Assembly: GCA_044226775.1 (NCBI GenBank)
Contig: JBGAGI010000007.1
Span: 275,879 to 339,878, forward strand
DNA length: 64,000 nt
Origin: Rubrivivax sp.
GTDB lineage: Bacteria > Pseudomonadota > Gammaproteobacteria > Burkholderiales > Burkholderiaceae_C
Direction of reading: 5' to 3'
Shown: positions 1 to 8,669 of the stretch, piece by piece
How the letters are laid out: the number at the start of each line of letters is the position of its first letter
Position numbering within the stretch: the stretch's first letter is position 1
Made by a program: the position numbers and the translations under genes
Notes under the pieces: model-generated
Seen by the model: only the letters and a program-made list of their open reading frames with translations
Database searches by the model: none
What the model was told of the DNA's origin: nothing

Positions 1-35
1 GGCTTCGCTGTGCGTGGATACGGGACCGCGCGGCG

Positions 36-785
36 CTAGGCGCCGAACAACCTCTGGATGCGCTCCCGGACCTCGGGCAGGTGGAAGGTCCTGCCGTGCA
101 TCGCCACTTCCTTGGCGGTCACGCCGGGCAGCACGCTCCGCAGCTCTTCGGTCAGGTGGTCCTTCAGCGCGACCAGCGAGACCCGGGGCTTGTCGGCGAC
201 GGCGCGCGCCAGCGACATCGCCCGCTCCAGCACCTCGGCACGCGGCACCACCGGGAAGGAGACGCCGCGTCGATCGAACTCCTCGCCGCGGTAGGTGTTG
301 GCCGTCAGCAGCATCTCCTGGGCCAGGCTGTAGCCCAGCTTGTGCTTGAGGATGCAGGTGGACCCGAAGCCGGGCGTGAAGCCGTACTTCATGAAATTGG
401 TCGTGTAGACGCTCTCGCGGCTGAGGACCACGAAGTCCGCGAACAGGCCCAGCACGAAGCCGCCGCCGATGCCGTGCCCCTGCATCGCCGAGATCACCGG
501 CACCGGGCAGCGCAGCGGCAGGTCGTACAGCGGCGCGTCGCTGAACTTGCCCTCGCCGTTATGCAGCGACAGCAGCGTCTCCTGCGTGCCGCCGCTGGCG
601 AAGTAGGACTCGTAGCCCGTCAGCACCACGACGCGAACCCGCGGGTCCGCGCGCACCGCCTCGAAGGCGTCGGTCAGGCCCGCGACGAGCCTTGGTGAGA
701 AGCCGTTCTTGCTCGCGCGGTCCTGCATCCGGATCCTGAGGATCCCGGGCTCGACCTCCTCGGCGACGACAGCCTCATCGGCCAT
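36..785 (-). CDS. Enoyl-CoA hydratase-like decarboxylase of a polyketide beta-branching cassette (ECH2, PksI-like), 249 aa
   Basis: Start MADEAVV at 785 within ORF 36..1007. Crotonase motifs MQDRASKNGFS, ASGGTQETLL, HGIGGG, YGFTPGFGS and C-terminal MHGRTF match PksI-type ECH2; overlaps the ECH1 stop. Confidence 0.9.
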   Translation of the reverse strand: MADEAVVAEEVEPGILRIRMQDRASKNGFSPRLVAGLTDAFEAVRADPRVRVVVLTGYESYFASGGTQETLLSLHNGEGKFSDAPLYDLPLRCPVPVISAMQGHGIGGGFVLGLFADFVVLSRESVYTTNFMKYGFTPGFGSTCILKHKLGYSLAQEMLLTANTYRGEEFDRRGVSFPVVPRAEVLERAMSLARAVADKPRVSLVALKDHLTEELRSVLPGVTAKEVAMHGRTFHLPEVRERIQRLFGA

Positions 786-1563
786 GGGCCGTCTCCTTCT
801 CCCACGGGAACGTGCCGTCGCTGACATAGCGCGCAATGCCCGCCAGGTTGGCCGGGTCGCTGAACACGGTCCGGTTGGTCTCGACCGCGAGCGAACGGGT
901 CGCGGGGCCCACCGCGGCGAGCTGGGCCATGAAGGCCTTGTGGCGCGTGATCGTGGTTCGCGACAGGCGGCGCAGCGGCAGCAGGTAGCGACGCAGCAGG
1001 TCGGCACTGGAGGCCTCGAAGGCGTCGATCAGCCCGAAGGCTTGGGCCTGCGCCGCGGAAATGGGGTGCGTGGTGAGGGCCAGGAAGTTGGCGCGCTGGT
1101 AGCCGACCTTGCGGATCAGGAAGGGCATCAGCGTGGCCGGCAGCAGCCCGAACAGCAACTCCGACAGGCTGAAGCAGGCGCGCTCGTCGGCAACGGCGAT
1201 GTCGGCCGCGGCCACGAAGCCGATGCCGCCCGCATTCACCCGGCCGCGCACATGCGCCACGGTGATGTACGGGCCGCTGGCCAGCTTGTTCCAGAGGTCG
1301 AACAGCGCTTCCGGATCCTGCTGCGCGGCTTCCTGCTCGGGATGGCGCACGACCTCGAAGTCGGCCCCCACGCAGAAGCACTCGGGCAGCCCCTCGATCA
1401 CCAGGATCGTCTGCTCGTCCGCCGCGGCCGCATCCAGCGCGTGGTGCAGCTCGGTGATCATCAGCCCGTTGAGCGCGTTGTTCGACTCCGGCCTGTACAG
1501 CGTCACCGTGCGCGCAGCCCCCTGCGTGCGCACGCGCAAGGTCTGGTAGGTGTTCAGATCCAT
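775..1563 (-). CDS. Enoyl-CoA hydratase/dehydratase of a beta-branching cassette (ECH1, PksH-like), 262 aa
   Basis: Start MDLNTYQTLRVR at 1563. Motifs CFCVGADF, VNAGGIGFVAAADI, FSLSELLFGLLPA are PksH-like; lies between HMGS and ECH2 with overlapping ends. Confidence 0.9.
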   Translation of the reverse strand: MDLNTYQTLRVRTQGAARTVTLYRPESNNALNGLMITELHHALDAAAADEQTILVIEGLPECFCVGADFEVVRHPEQEAAQQDPEALFDLWNKLASGPYITVAHVRGRVNAGGIGFVAAADIAVADERACFSLSELLFGLLPATLMPFLIRKVGYQRANFLALTTHPISAAQAQAFGLIDAFEASSADLLRRYLLPLRRLSRTTITRHKAFMAQLAAVGPATRSLAVETNRTVFSDPANLAGIARYVSDGTFPWEKETAHGR

Positions 1564-2813
1564 TGGTAGACCCGGTGGAATTCCTTGATCTCCTTGAGCG
1601 CCAGCATCTCGCCGTCGCGACGGCCCTGCAGCGCACCGGGCACGGCATCCAGGCTGACCTGCACGTTGCGCGTGCCGAAGCGCACGCTGGCGTTGCTGGT
1701 CAGCAGGCCGTCGTATTCGCCCAGGCTCAGCGCATACCGCCGGCTCAGGTGCCCGCCGATGTCCATGCGGCGCACCGCCTCGGCGCCGCTCGCGCTGACG
1801 ATGCCGCTGAAGAACTCCGAGCAGCAGCCCGATCCGTAGGAGAAGCAGCCGATCCGCTTGGGCTGCTCGAAGCTGCCGTTCTGGATCGTGGCGGCCAGCG
1901 CCACGAACAGGGTGCCGCCCATGATGTTGCCGATGTGCTGGCACCAGGCCAGGCCCGGCAGCACGCGGCGCTGGAAGTCCTCGTCGATGTCGGCGGGCTT
2001 GGCGCGCATCAGCTTGCGCAGCATGTTGCGGTGCGCGCCCTTGACCATGCCGCCGAACGGCGTGTGGTAGGCGAGGTACTGGAAGGTGCTGCAGTAGTCG
2101 ACGTTCTCGACCCTGCGCTGGTACTCGGCGAACGACTTCTCGCAGCACTCGAGGTACGACAGCAGCGACAGGTCGGCGTCGCCGGCCTCGCTGTCGGGCT
2201 CGGGGCGGCAGGTGTCCATGACTTCGTAGCCGTAATAGCCGTTGGCGCCGACGTCCACCTGGAACACCTTCGGCTGGTCGCTGATCAACAGCGCCACGGC
2301 GCCGGCCCCGCTGCTGGGCTCGGCATAGGACCAGTCCTCCGAGAGCGCCTCGCCGCCTTCGACGACGAAGAAGCGCGAGATGTCGGTGGCCACGACCAGT
2401 GCCTTGGCGCCGGGCGAGACCTGCGAGAGGATGAAGTTCACCGCCATCTGGAACCCGGCCGTGGCGGCATAGCAGGCCTGCTTGATCTCGAACAGCCGGC
2501 AGTTGCGGCTCAGGCCCAGGTAGTCGTGCAGGTAGGTGCTCATCGACTTGCCGAAGTCGATGCCCGACTCGGTGCAGGTGATCAGCAGCTCGATCCTTCC
2601 CTTCTCCTCGTCGCTCATCGCGTCGAGCAGCGGCTTGGCGGCGTTGACGCCGAAGGTCACCGGGTCCTCGAACGGCAGGGCCACGGCCTTGCCCTTCATC
2701 ATCAGGTTGGCGAAGCGCCCGACATCGAGCTTCCGGTGCGCGACCAGTTGCATCACGTCGAGGTATGCGGTGCCTCCAAAGACGTTGATCGCCTCGATGC
2801 CTGCGCTGCCCAT
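1554..2813 (-). CDS. HMG-ACP synthase-like protein (HMGS, PksG-like), 419 aa
   Basis: Start MGSAGIEAINVFGG at 2813. Catalytic motifs CTESGIDFGKS (Glu), EIKQACYAAT (Cys), YHTPFGGMV (His), FSYGSGCCSEF; length matches PksG. Confidence 0.93.
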   Translation of the reverse strand: MGSAGIEAINVFGGTAYLDVMQLVAHRKLDVGRFANLMMKGKAVALPFEDPVTFGVNAAKPLLDAMSDEEKGRIELLITCTESGIDFGKSMSTYLHDYLGLSRNCRLFEIKQACYAATAGFQMAVNFILSQVSPGAKALVVATDISRFFVVEGGEALSEDWSYAEPSSGAGAVALLISDQPKVFQVDVGANGYYGYEVMDTCRPEPDSEAGDADLSLLSYLECCEKSFAEYQRRVENVDYCSTFQYLAYHTPFGGMVKGAHRNMLRKLMRAKPADIDEDFQRRVLPGLAWCQHIGNIMGGTLFVALAATIQNGSFEQPKRIGCFSYGSGCCSEFFSGIVSASGAEAVRRMDIGGHLSRRYALSLGEYDGLLTSNASVRFGTRNVQVSLDAVPGALQGRRDGEMLALKEIKEFHRVYQWI

Positions 2814-2869
2814 GGGTTTGCCTTGCGTTGTGGTTGACGGCGGTGTGCGGAAAAGGTCCGGCGGCGCGC

Positions 2870-4216
2870 TCAGCGCGGCCGCAGGATCAGCGGCAGGCCA
2901 TCCTTGTGGCGCGGGATCGGCAGCATCGCCACCTCGCCCTGGTAGCCCGCCGGCAGCGAGAGGTCGAAGCGCGACAGCAGGTGCGCCGTGAAGGACTTGG
3001 CCTGGATGTAGGCGAAGTTCAGGCCGATGCACTGGTGCGCGCCACCGCCGAAGGGCAGCCACGCGAAGCGGTGGCGCTTGTCCTCGGCGCGCTCGGGCGA
3101 GAACCGCAGCGGATCGAAGCGCCATGGGTCGCTCCACAGCGACGGCATCATGTGCGTGAACGCCGGGCTGATGGCGATCATCGTGTTGGCGGGAACGTCG
3201 AAACCGCCGAACGAGAAGGGCTTCAGGCTGCAGCGGTTGATGGTGACCACCGGCGGATACATCCGGAGCGCTTCCTTGAAGCAGCACTCGGTCAGCGGCA
3301 TCCGGTCGAGGTCCTCGAAGCGCAGCGGCAGCGGCAGCGCGGCACATTCGTCGCGCAGGCGTTGCTGCCACTCGGGCTGCTGCACGATCGACCACATCAT
3401 CGTGCAGATCGAACTGGTGGTCGTGTCGTGGGCGGCACCCATCATGAAGACCGCGTGCTTGGCGATGTCCTCGTCGCTCCAGTGCCGGCCCTCGTCGTCG
3501 GTGGCCTGGCACAGCCGGGTGAAGATGTCCTTGCCCTGCCCTTCGCGGCGCGAGCGGATGTTGGCCTTGATGTAGTTCAGCAGCCACTGCCGGCCCTGCA
3601 GGCCGCGCTGGTAGGTCAGGCCCGGAATCCGCAGCCGCACCAGCGACACCGTGGCGGCGATGACGGCGATGAACTCCTGCTTGATCTTGCGGATGTCCAC
3701 CGCGTCCTGCTCGCCGAGGAAGACCCGCATCGACACTTCCAGCAGCAGTTCCTTGACGGCCGGGAAGAACAGCGGCGGCGGCGCGGCCCGCCAGGCCTCG
3801 AGGCGGGCCGCGATGATGGGCTGCATCTCCTGCAGGTACTCGGCCAGCGTCGACACCTTGAACGCAGGCGCCATCACCTTGCGGTGCGCCCGGTGCTCGT
3901 CGAAGTCGCGCAGCATCAGCGCGCCGTTGACCAGGGTCTCCAGCGAGCGCCAGCCCAGGCGGTTGGAGAAGACCTGGTCCTTGTCGGTGAGCACGAGTTC
4001 ATTGGCCTCGGGGCCCAGCAGCGAGACACGCACGTCGCCCAGCACCTTGAGCTTGTGCACCGGCCCGTAGGTCGCATGCATGCGCGCCTGCAGGCCCCGG
4101 TAGTCCCGCAGCAGCTCCCAGGTGTGGCCGACGAAGGGCCAGCCCTGGTCGCCGGGAATGACCTTCAGCTCGGCGCTGCCCGCCCGCACGAACGCGTCGG
4201 CCGTTCCGGTGCTCAT
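2870..4216 (-). CDS. Cytochrome P450, 448 aa
   Basis: I-helix GAAHDTTTS, ExxR motif KEALR, heme-ligand motif PFGGGAHQCIG. Start MSTGT at 4216 preferred over 4255. Confidence 0.93.
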   Translation of the reverse strand: MSTGTADAFVRAGSAELKVIPGDQGWPFVGHTWELLRDYRGLQARMHATYGPVHKLKVLGDVRVSLLGPEANELVLTDKDQVFSNRLGWRSLETLVNGALMLRDFDEHRAHRKVMAPAFKVSTLAEYLQEMQPIIAARLEAWRAAPPPLFFPAVKELLLEVSMRVFLGEQDAVDIRKIKQEFIAVIAATVSLVRLRIPGLTYQRGLQGRQWLLNYIKANIRSRREGQGKDIFTRLCQATDDEGRHWSDEDIAKHAVFMMGAAHDTTTSSICTMMWSIVQQPEWQQRLRDECAALPLPLRFEDLDRMPLTECCFKEALRMYPPVVTINRCSLKPFSFGGFDVPANTMIAISPAFTHMMPSLWSDPWRFDPLRFSPERAEDKRHRFAWLPFGGGAHQCIGLNFAYIQAKSFTAHLLSRFDLSLPAGYQGEVAMLPIPRHKDGLPLILRPR

Positions 4217-4387
4217 GACCGGCTCCCTGCCACGAGTGCCACATCCATGGTTCAACTCTCCCTGTCTCTCGATCGCGTGGGCATGCCGCTGCCGCGCGCC
4301 ACGCGGGGCGCGTGGCGTCGAGGCATCGCTGCTTCAAAGGAACGGCGCCTTCCGGCGGTCGCCGAATCGCCGGCCGAACGCGGGCTC

Positions 4388-4933
4388 TCAGCCGTTCAGG
4401 CCTTCACGGTGCACCCGTTGGTACTCCGTGGAACTGGACTTCTTCAGCCAGCGCAGGAAGCGCACCCAGGGGCTCCAGCGGCGCAGCGGCAGCGGGTTGC
4501 CGGTCTCCCGCTCGATCTTGTCGAAGCTGTCCTCGACCACCGCGTCGTGCAGCGGCCGCATGACCAGCAGCCACAGCAGCGTGCCCTTCAGGCCCCGGGT
4601 GTTCATCTCGATCACGGAACGGATCTGCAAGCAGCCTCCCCCGATGTCGAGCACCTCGCCGTGGTGGCTGCCATCGAAGCCCTCGGGCTTGATGAACTTC
4701 CACGCGTAGCGGATGACATCACCGCTTTCGTACAGCGTCATGACGAAGCGCGCCGCGCCGCGGTTGCCGATGCGCCCCACCGCCGGCGGGCCATCGGGCC
4801 CCTCCAGCCGCATCCGGGGCCAGCGCTCGAAGGGGTACATGCGATCCCGGCTCGAGCCGTAGGTATCCACGATCTCGCGCGCCTGCTGCATCGAGCAGCG
4901 GATCTCGCGTTGATGGACGTTTCGCACCTTCAT
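4388..4933 (-). CDS. SRPBCC/START-like (polyketide cyclase/dehydrase-like) protein, 181 aa
   Basis: ORF with host-like codon usage. N-terminal strand MKVRNVHQREI and C-terminal helix LLWLLVMRPLHDAVVEDSFD are typical of SRPBCC proteins; first gene of the minus-strand cluster. Confidence 0.6.
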   Translation of the reverse strand: MKVRNVHQREIRCSMQQAREIVDTYGSSRDRMYPFERWPRMRLEGPDGPPAVGRIGNRGAARFVMTLYESGDVIRYAWKFIKPEGFDGSHHGEVLDIGGGCLQIRSVIEMNTRGLKGTLLWLLVMRPLHDAVVEDSFDKIERETGNPLPLRRWSPWVRFLRWLKKSSSTEYQRVHREGLNG

Positions 4934-5199
4934 CGTGGGGCCTCGGTATCGGTGTGGTGCACAGAATCGCCGTTAGCTTCTGATTGGGGCAGTCGAGCCG
5001 CCACCGAAGCCGGCCCGGCGGACCCGCTGCAACAAGCGTTCCATGCCGCGGCCGGAAACGGCCGGATGCCGGCGGCGCGCGCCTTGCGATGCATGCATGA
5101 CCTCCTGCGGCTGTCGAACGGTGGGTGCGGTTGCGGCGTGATCGGGCGTCCGCAGACCTGCACCGATGCACCTCGCATGCCGGAAACGATGTCAGACAA

Positions 5200-5335
5200 A
5201 GCGAAGCACGTCCAGTTTTGTTGTTAGGGGTTGCGATCGACGAACCCGCCAATATCCTGCGCGCCGTTTTGTGCCACTCAACTACCTCGTCACGTGATGC
5301 GTTTGCTTGCATGTAGGTCATATGTCTGAAACAAG
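5200..5335. promoter_or_regulatory. AT-richer divergent intergenic segment, probable promoter region
   Basis: Locally lower GC (ttttgttgttag, gttttgtgccactcaactac) between the divergent SRPBCC and antiporter genes; no specific box assigned. Confidence 0.35.
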
Positions 5336-5434
5336 CCCGGGCCATGCCGGACCTGAGGATGAGGACGCCGCCTGGCGCGCGAATTGCGTGTCCACTCCAC
5401 CGGCGCAACCGCGACCGTTCACCGAGGAGCACCG

Positions 5435-6649
5435 ATGAGCGGCCCGTCCATGACCGTCAGCGAGATCTACCTGCTGGCCCTGCTGCTGATCTTCTTCGTT
5501 CCCTACGCCATCTGGCGCTTCGGGCGCACGGAGTACTACGCGCCGCTCGTGGTGGTGCAGATCGTCTCGGGGATCGTGATGGGGCCCGGCGTGCTGGGCG
5601 CCGCCTACCCCGACTACTTCCGCTTCGTCTTCCAGCCGCCCGTGGTGGGCGCGCTCAACGGCGTCGCCCAGTGGGCCGTGATGCTGTTCGTCTGGCTGGC
5701 CGGGATCGAGCTGGACCTGCACGCGGCCTGGTCCCACCGGCGCGAAACCGCCGTGACGGCCGGCATGGCGCTGGGCGTGCCCTTCGTGACAGGAAGCCTG
5801 GCCGGCCTGGTGCTGCTGATGAGCCCCGGCTGGATCGGTGCCGGTGCCGCCGAGTGGCAGTTCGTGCTCGGGGTCGGCATGGCCTGTGCCGTCACGGCGC
5901 TGCCGATCCTGCTGCTGCTGATGGAGAAGCTCGAGATCCTCCGGCAGCCGCTGGGGCAACGCATCCTGCGCTACGCGAGCTGCGACGACGTCGCCATCTG
6001 GGGCGTGCTGGCACTGATCCTGGTCGACTGGGTGCGCGTGGGCCGGCAGGCCGCCTTCATGGCCGTGTTCGCCCTCTGCGCCGTGCTCGTCGGCAAGCTG
6101 ATACGCCGGGTGCCGATGCAGGATCGCTGGTACCTGGGCCTGATCTGGCTGGTAGCCTGCGGCCTCGGCGCCGACTGGTCCGGGCTGCACTACATGGTCG
6201 GTGCGTTCCTCGCGGGCATGAGCCTGGATGCGCGCTGGTTCGACCAGAAGCAGCTGGACGCGCTGCGCGCGCACGTGCTGCTGATCGCGATGCCGGTCTT
6301 CTTCCTCAGCACCGGGCTGCGCACGCACTTCGAGGTGGGTGGCCTGGCCGTGTTCGCGGCCGCGGGCCTGCTGCTGGTGGCCTCCGTCGGCGGCAAGCTG
6401 GCCGGCACCCTGCTGGCCGGGCGCGTGCTGCAATGGAAGCCCGGCGAGGCCGTGCTCGTGGGCTGGCTGCTGCAGACCAAGGCGCTGATCATGATCATCT
6501 TCGCCAACGTGTTGCTGGACAAGCACATCATCACCAGCGAGACCTTCACGGCGCTGCTGATCATGGCCGTGTGCAGCACGATGCTGACGGTCCCGGCCGT
6601 CACGCCGAGGCTGGCGCGGATGACCAGCACGGTCTTCCGTTCCTCGTGA
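5435..6649 (+). CDS. Cation:proton antiporter (CPA2/KefB-like membrane domain only), 404 aa
   Basis: GAGGAG RBS before ATG 5435. About 11-12 hydrophobic segments; motifs LFVWLAGIELD, AVTALPIL, VGAFLAG, PVFFLSTGL; no C-terminal KTN domain. Confidence 0.85.
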   Translation: MSGPSMTVSEIYLLALLLIFFVPYAIWRFGRTEYYAPLVVVQIVSGIVMGPGVLGAAYPDYFRFVFQPPVVGALNGVAQWAVMLFVWLAGIELDLHAAWSHRRETAVTAGMALGVPFVTGSLAGLVLLMSPGWIGAGAAEWQFVLGVGMACAVTALPILLLLMEKLEILRQPLGQRILRYASCDDVAIWGVLALILVDWVRVGRQAAFMAVFALCAVLVGKLIRRVPMQDRWYLGLIWLVACGLGADWSGLHYMVGAFLAGMSLDARWFDQKQLDALRAHVLLIAMPVFFLSTGLRTHFEVGGLAVFAAAGLLLVASVGGKLAGTLLAGRVLQWKPGEAVLVGWLLQTKALIMIIFANVLLDKHIITSETFTALLIMAVCSTMLTVPAVTPRLARMTSTVFRSS

Positions 6650-6700
6650 AGTGAAGTCAAGAACGGCGGCGCCCGGCGCCACCAGAGGAGCCGACCACCG

Positions 6701-7489
6701 ATGAAGAAGATCCTCGTCACGGGCGCGGGCACCGGCATCGGGCGCGACACCGCCTTCGCACTGGCCCAGCGCGGCCACCAGGTGCTGGCCACGACGCACA
6801 CCGAGGAGCAGGCGCTGAAGCTCGACGCGCAGGCGAAGTCCCGCGGGGTGGCGATGCAGTGCTTCAAGCTGGACATCACGGACGGCGGGGATCGCGAACG
6901 CGTGCTGGCGCTCGGGGTCGATGTGCTGATCAACAACGCGGCCGTCGGCGACTCGGGCTCGCTGGCCGAGGTGGAGATCGAGCGCATCCGGCACACGTTC
7001 GAGGTCAACCTGTTCTCGACGCTGGCGCTGACACAACTGGCCTTGCGCGGCATGATCGCGCGCGGGAGCGGCACCGTCATCTTCATCAGCTCGCTGGGGG
7101 GGCGCGTGCCGATGCGTTTCATGATGCCCTACTCGATGTCCAAGTTCGCCATCTCGGCAGCCGCTGCGGGCCTGCGGGCGGAGATGGCGGCGCTGGGCAG
7201 GAACGTCCAGGTGGCCGTGGTCGAGCCCGGCGCCTTCCACACCGGTTTCAACCAGCATCTGGCCGCACGAAAGATCGAGTCGATGGGCGCGCAGTCCTAT
7301 TTCAAGGCCCACCAGGAATCGGAGCGCCTGAAGGGCGAGCGCGTGGTGCGGCTGATCGAGGCGCGAGACACCCGCCCCATCGTCACGAAGATCGTCTCCG
7401 CGGCGGAGGCCCGCAAGCCGAAACTGCGCTACGTCGCGCCCTGGCTGCAAGGGGCCCTGGTGCGACTGGCGCGCGTGATGGGCGTGTAG
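6701..7489 (+). CDS. Short-chain dehydrogenase/reductase, 262 aa
   Basis: TGAGTGIG, VLINNAA, SS and YSMSK catalytic motif; GAGGAG RBS. Confidence 0.92.
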   Translation: MKKILVTGAGTGIGRDTAFALAQRGHQVLATTHTEEQALKLDAQAKSRGVAMQCFKLDITDGGDRERVLALGVDVLINNAAVGDSGSLAEVEIERIRHTFEVNLFSTLALTQLALRGMIARGSGTVIFISSLGGRVPMRFMMPYSMSKFAISAAAAGLRAEMAALGRNVQVAVVEPGAFHTGFNQHLAARKIESMGAQSYFKAHQESERLKGERVVRLIEARDTRPIVTKIVSAAEARKPKLRYVAPWLQGALVRLARVMGV

Positions 7490-7505
7490 CCCTTCGGCCG
7501 GCGGC

Positions 7506-8051
7506 ATGATCGACGCGCACGCCGGCCCGGAGGTCCAGGCCTGCGGCGTTCCGGCGGGTACGCGCCTGGATCCGCGCCTCTTGAATGCCGCCGACTACGT
7601 CGATGCCTACGGCGCCGGCCTGCAGGCGCCCGGGCGCGAGGTCGTCGAGCTCTTCTTCGCCGTCTTCGGCCACCGGCCCTGGTGGATGAAGGCCGCGCTG
7701 GCCACGCGCAACCGCGTGGCCCGGTGGTGCGGCCTCGAAGCACCCAGCGCCAGGGAACTGTTCAGCCACGAGCGCAGGCGGCACTACGCCGTGGGCGACC
7801 ACATCGGCGTCTGGCCGATCTTCACGCTGGCCGATGACGAGCTGATCGTCGGGCGCGACAACCGGCACATGGACTTCCGGCTCTCGGTGTTCCGCCAGGC
7901 CGCCCGGGATGGCCCCGAGCGCGTCGTCGTCACCACCGCATGCCGGGTCAGGAACCGCTTCGGCCGGGTGTACCTCGCGGCCATCATCCCGTTCCACCGC
8001 TGGGGCCTGCGGCTGCTGATCGCGCGCGCCGTCCGCTCCGGCCGGCTGTAG
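7506..8051 (+). CDS. DUF2867-like protein, 181 aa
   Basis: DYVDAY, LATRNRV, DELIVGRDNRHMDFRLSV and IIPFHR motifs resemble DUF2867 proteins. Confidence 0.7.
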   Translation: MIDAHAGPEVQACGVPAGTRLDPRLLNAADYVDAYGAGLQAPGREVVELFFAVFGHRPWWMKAALATRNRVARWCGLEAPSARELFSHERRRHYAVGDHIGVWPIFTLADDELIVGRDNRHMDFRLSVFRQAARDGPERVVVTTACRVRNRFGRVYLAAIIPFHRWGLRLLIARAVRSGRL

Positions 8052-8079
8052 GCCGCAATGTCGCCGGCGAGGGCTCGCG

Positions 8080-8499
8080 CTAGGGACGGACCGCCCGGCG
8101 CGCGAGTTCGAGGAAACGTTCGCGGTCGGCCTCGTCGAGCGGCCCCAGCACCTCGCGCTGCAGGCCGCGGACGATGGGCAGCAGGGCCGCGAGCACACGC
8201 TGGCCTTTGGTGGTCAGCGACAGCTCGCGCGCCCTTCTGTCGCGCTCGCTGACGACGCGGCGGATCCAGCCCTTCTGCTCGAGCCGGTCGATCACGCCGC
8301 CGATCGTGGCCCGGTCGTAGGCGATCAGTTCAGCGACGCGCGCCTGGTCGGTGCCCGGGTGGGTGCGGACCGCGTCGAGCGCGGCGAACTGCACTGGCGT
8401 CAGGTCGAAGCCCGCCTCCTGGGTCTTCTGCGCGAAGACCTGGGTGGACTGCTGGTGCAGGCGCCGGATCAGGTGTCCGGCCATGTCGAGGGAGTCCAT
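8080..8499 (-). CDS. MarR-family regulator (MobR-like), 139 aa
   Basis: Start MDSLDMAGHLIRR at 8499. Winged-helix motifs LTPVQFAAL, DRATIGGVIDRLEQKGWI, DRRAREL; divergent from a MobA-like hydroxylase, as in the Comamonas mobR-mobA pair. Confidence 0.88.
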   Translation of the reverse strand: MDSLDMAGHLIRRLHQQSTQVFAQKTQEAGFDLTPVQFAALDAVRTHPGTDQARVAELIAYDRATIGGVIDRLEQKGWIRRVVSERDRRARELSLTTKGQRVLAALLPIVRGLQREVLGPLDEADRERFLELARRAVRP

Positions 8500-8571
8500 C
8501 GCGCCGCTCCGTGGGAAGGTGGCATCGGCCGCAGTTGCTGGTTGCGCGCGTGCCGGGTCGTTATTGATAAG

Positions 8572-8614
8572 TATACATATGGTCTTGACAGCGGATGATA
8601 TGTGTAGATACCAT
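8572..8614 (+). promoter_or_regulatory. Sigma70 promoter (TTGACA-N18-TACCAT) overlapped by an inverted repeat, probable MarR operator
   Basis: TTGACA at 8585-8590 and TACCAT at 8609-8614. Inverted repeat TATACATAT (8572-8580) / ATATGTGTA (8598-8606), one mismatch, brackets the -35 box. Confidence 0.7.
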
Positions 8615-8669
8615 TCATCCATGCGCCGGCCATCCGTCCGAAGCGCGGTTCAACCCAAGGAGACAGGCG

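Noticed and set aside
5257-5280. Sigma54 promoter (TGGCAC on the minus strand)
   Set aside because: The -12 GC is out of register by one base and TTGC is absent.
5289-5297. GTCACGTGA palindrome shared with 50481-50489
   Set aside because: Both copies are intergenic, but two occurrences of an 8-bp palindrome in 64 kb are close to chance, with no shared flanks.
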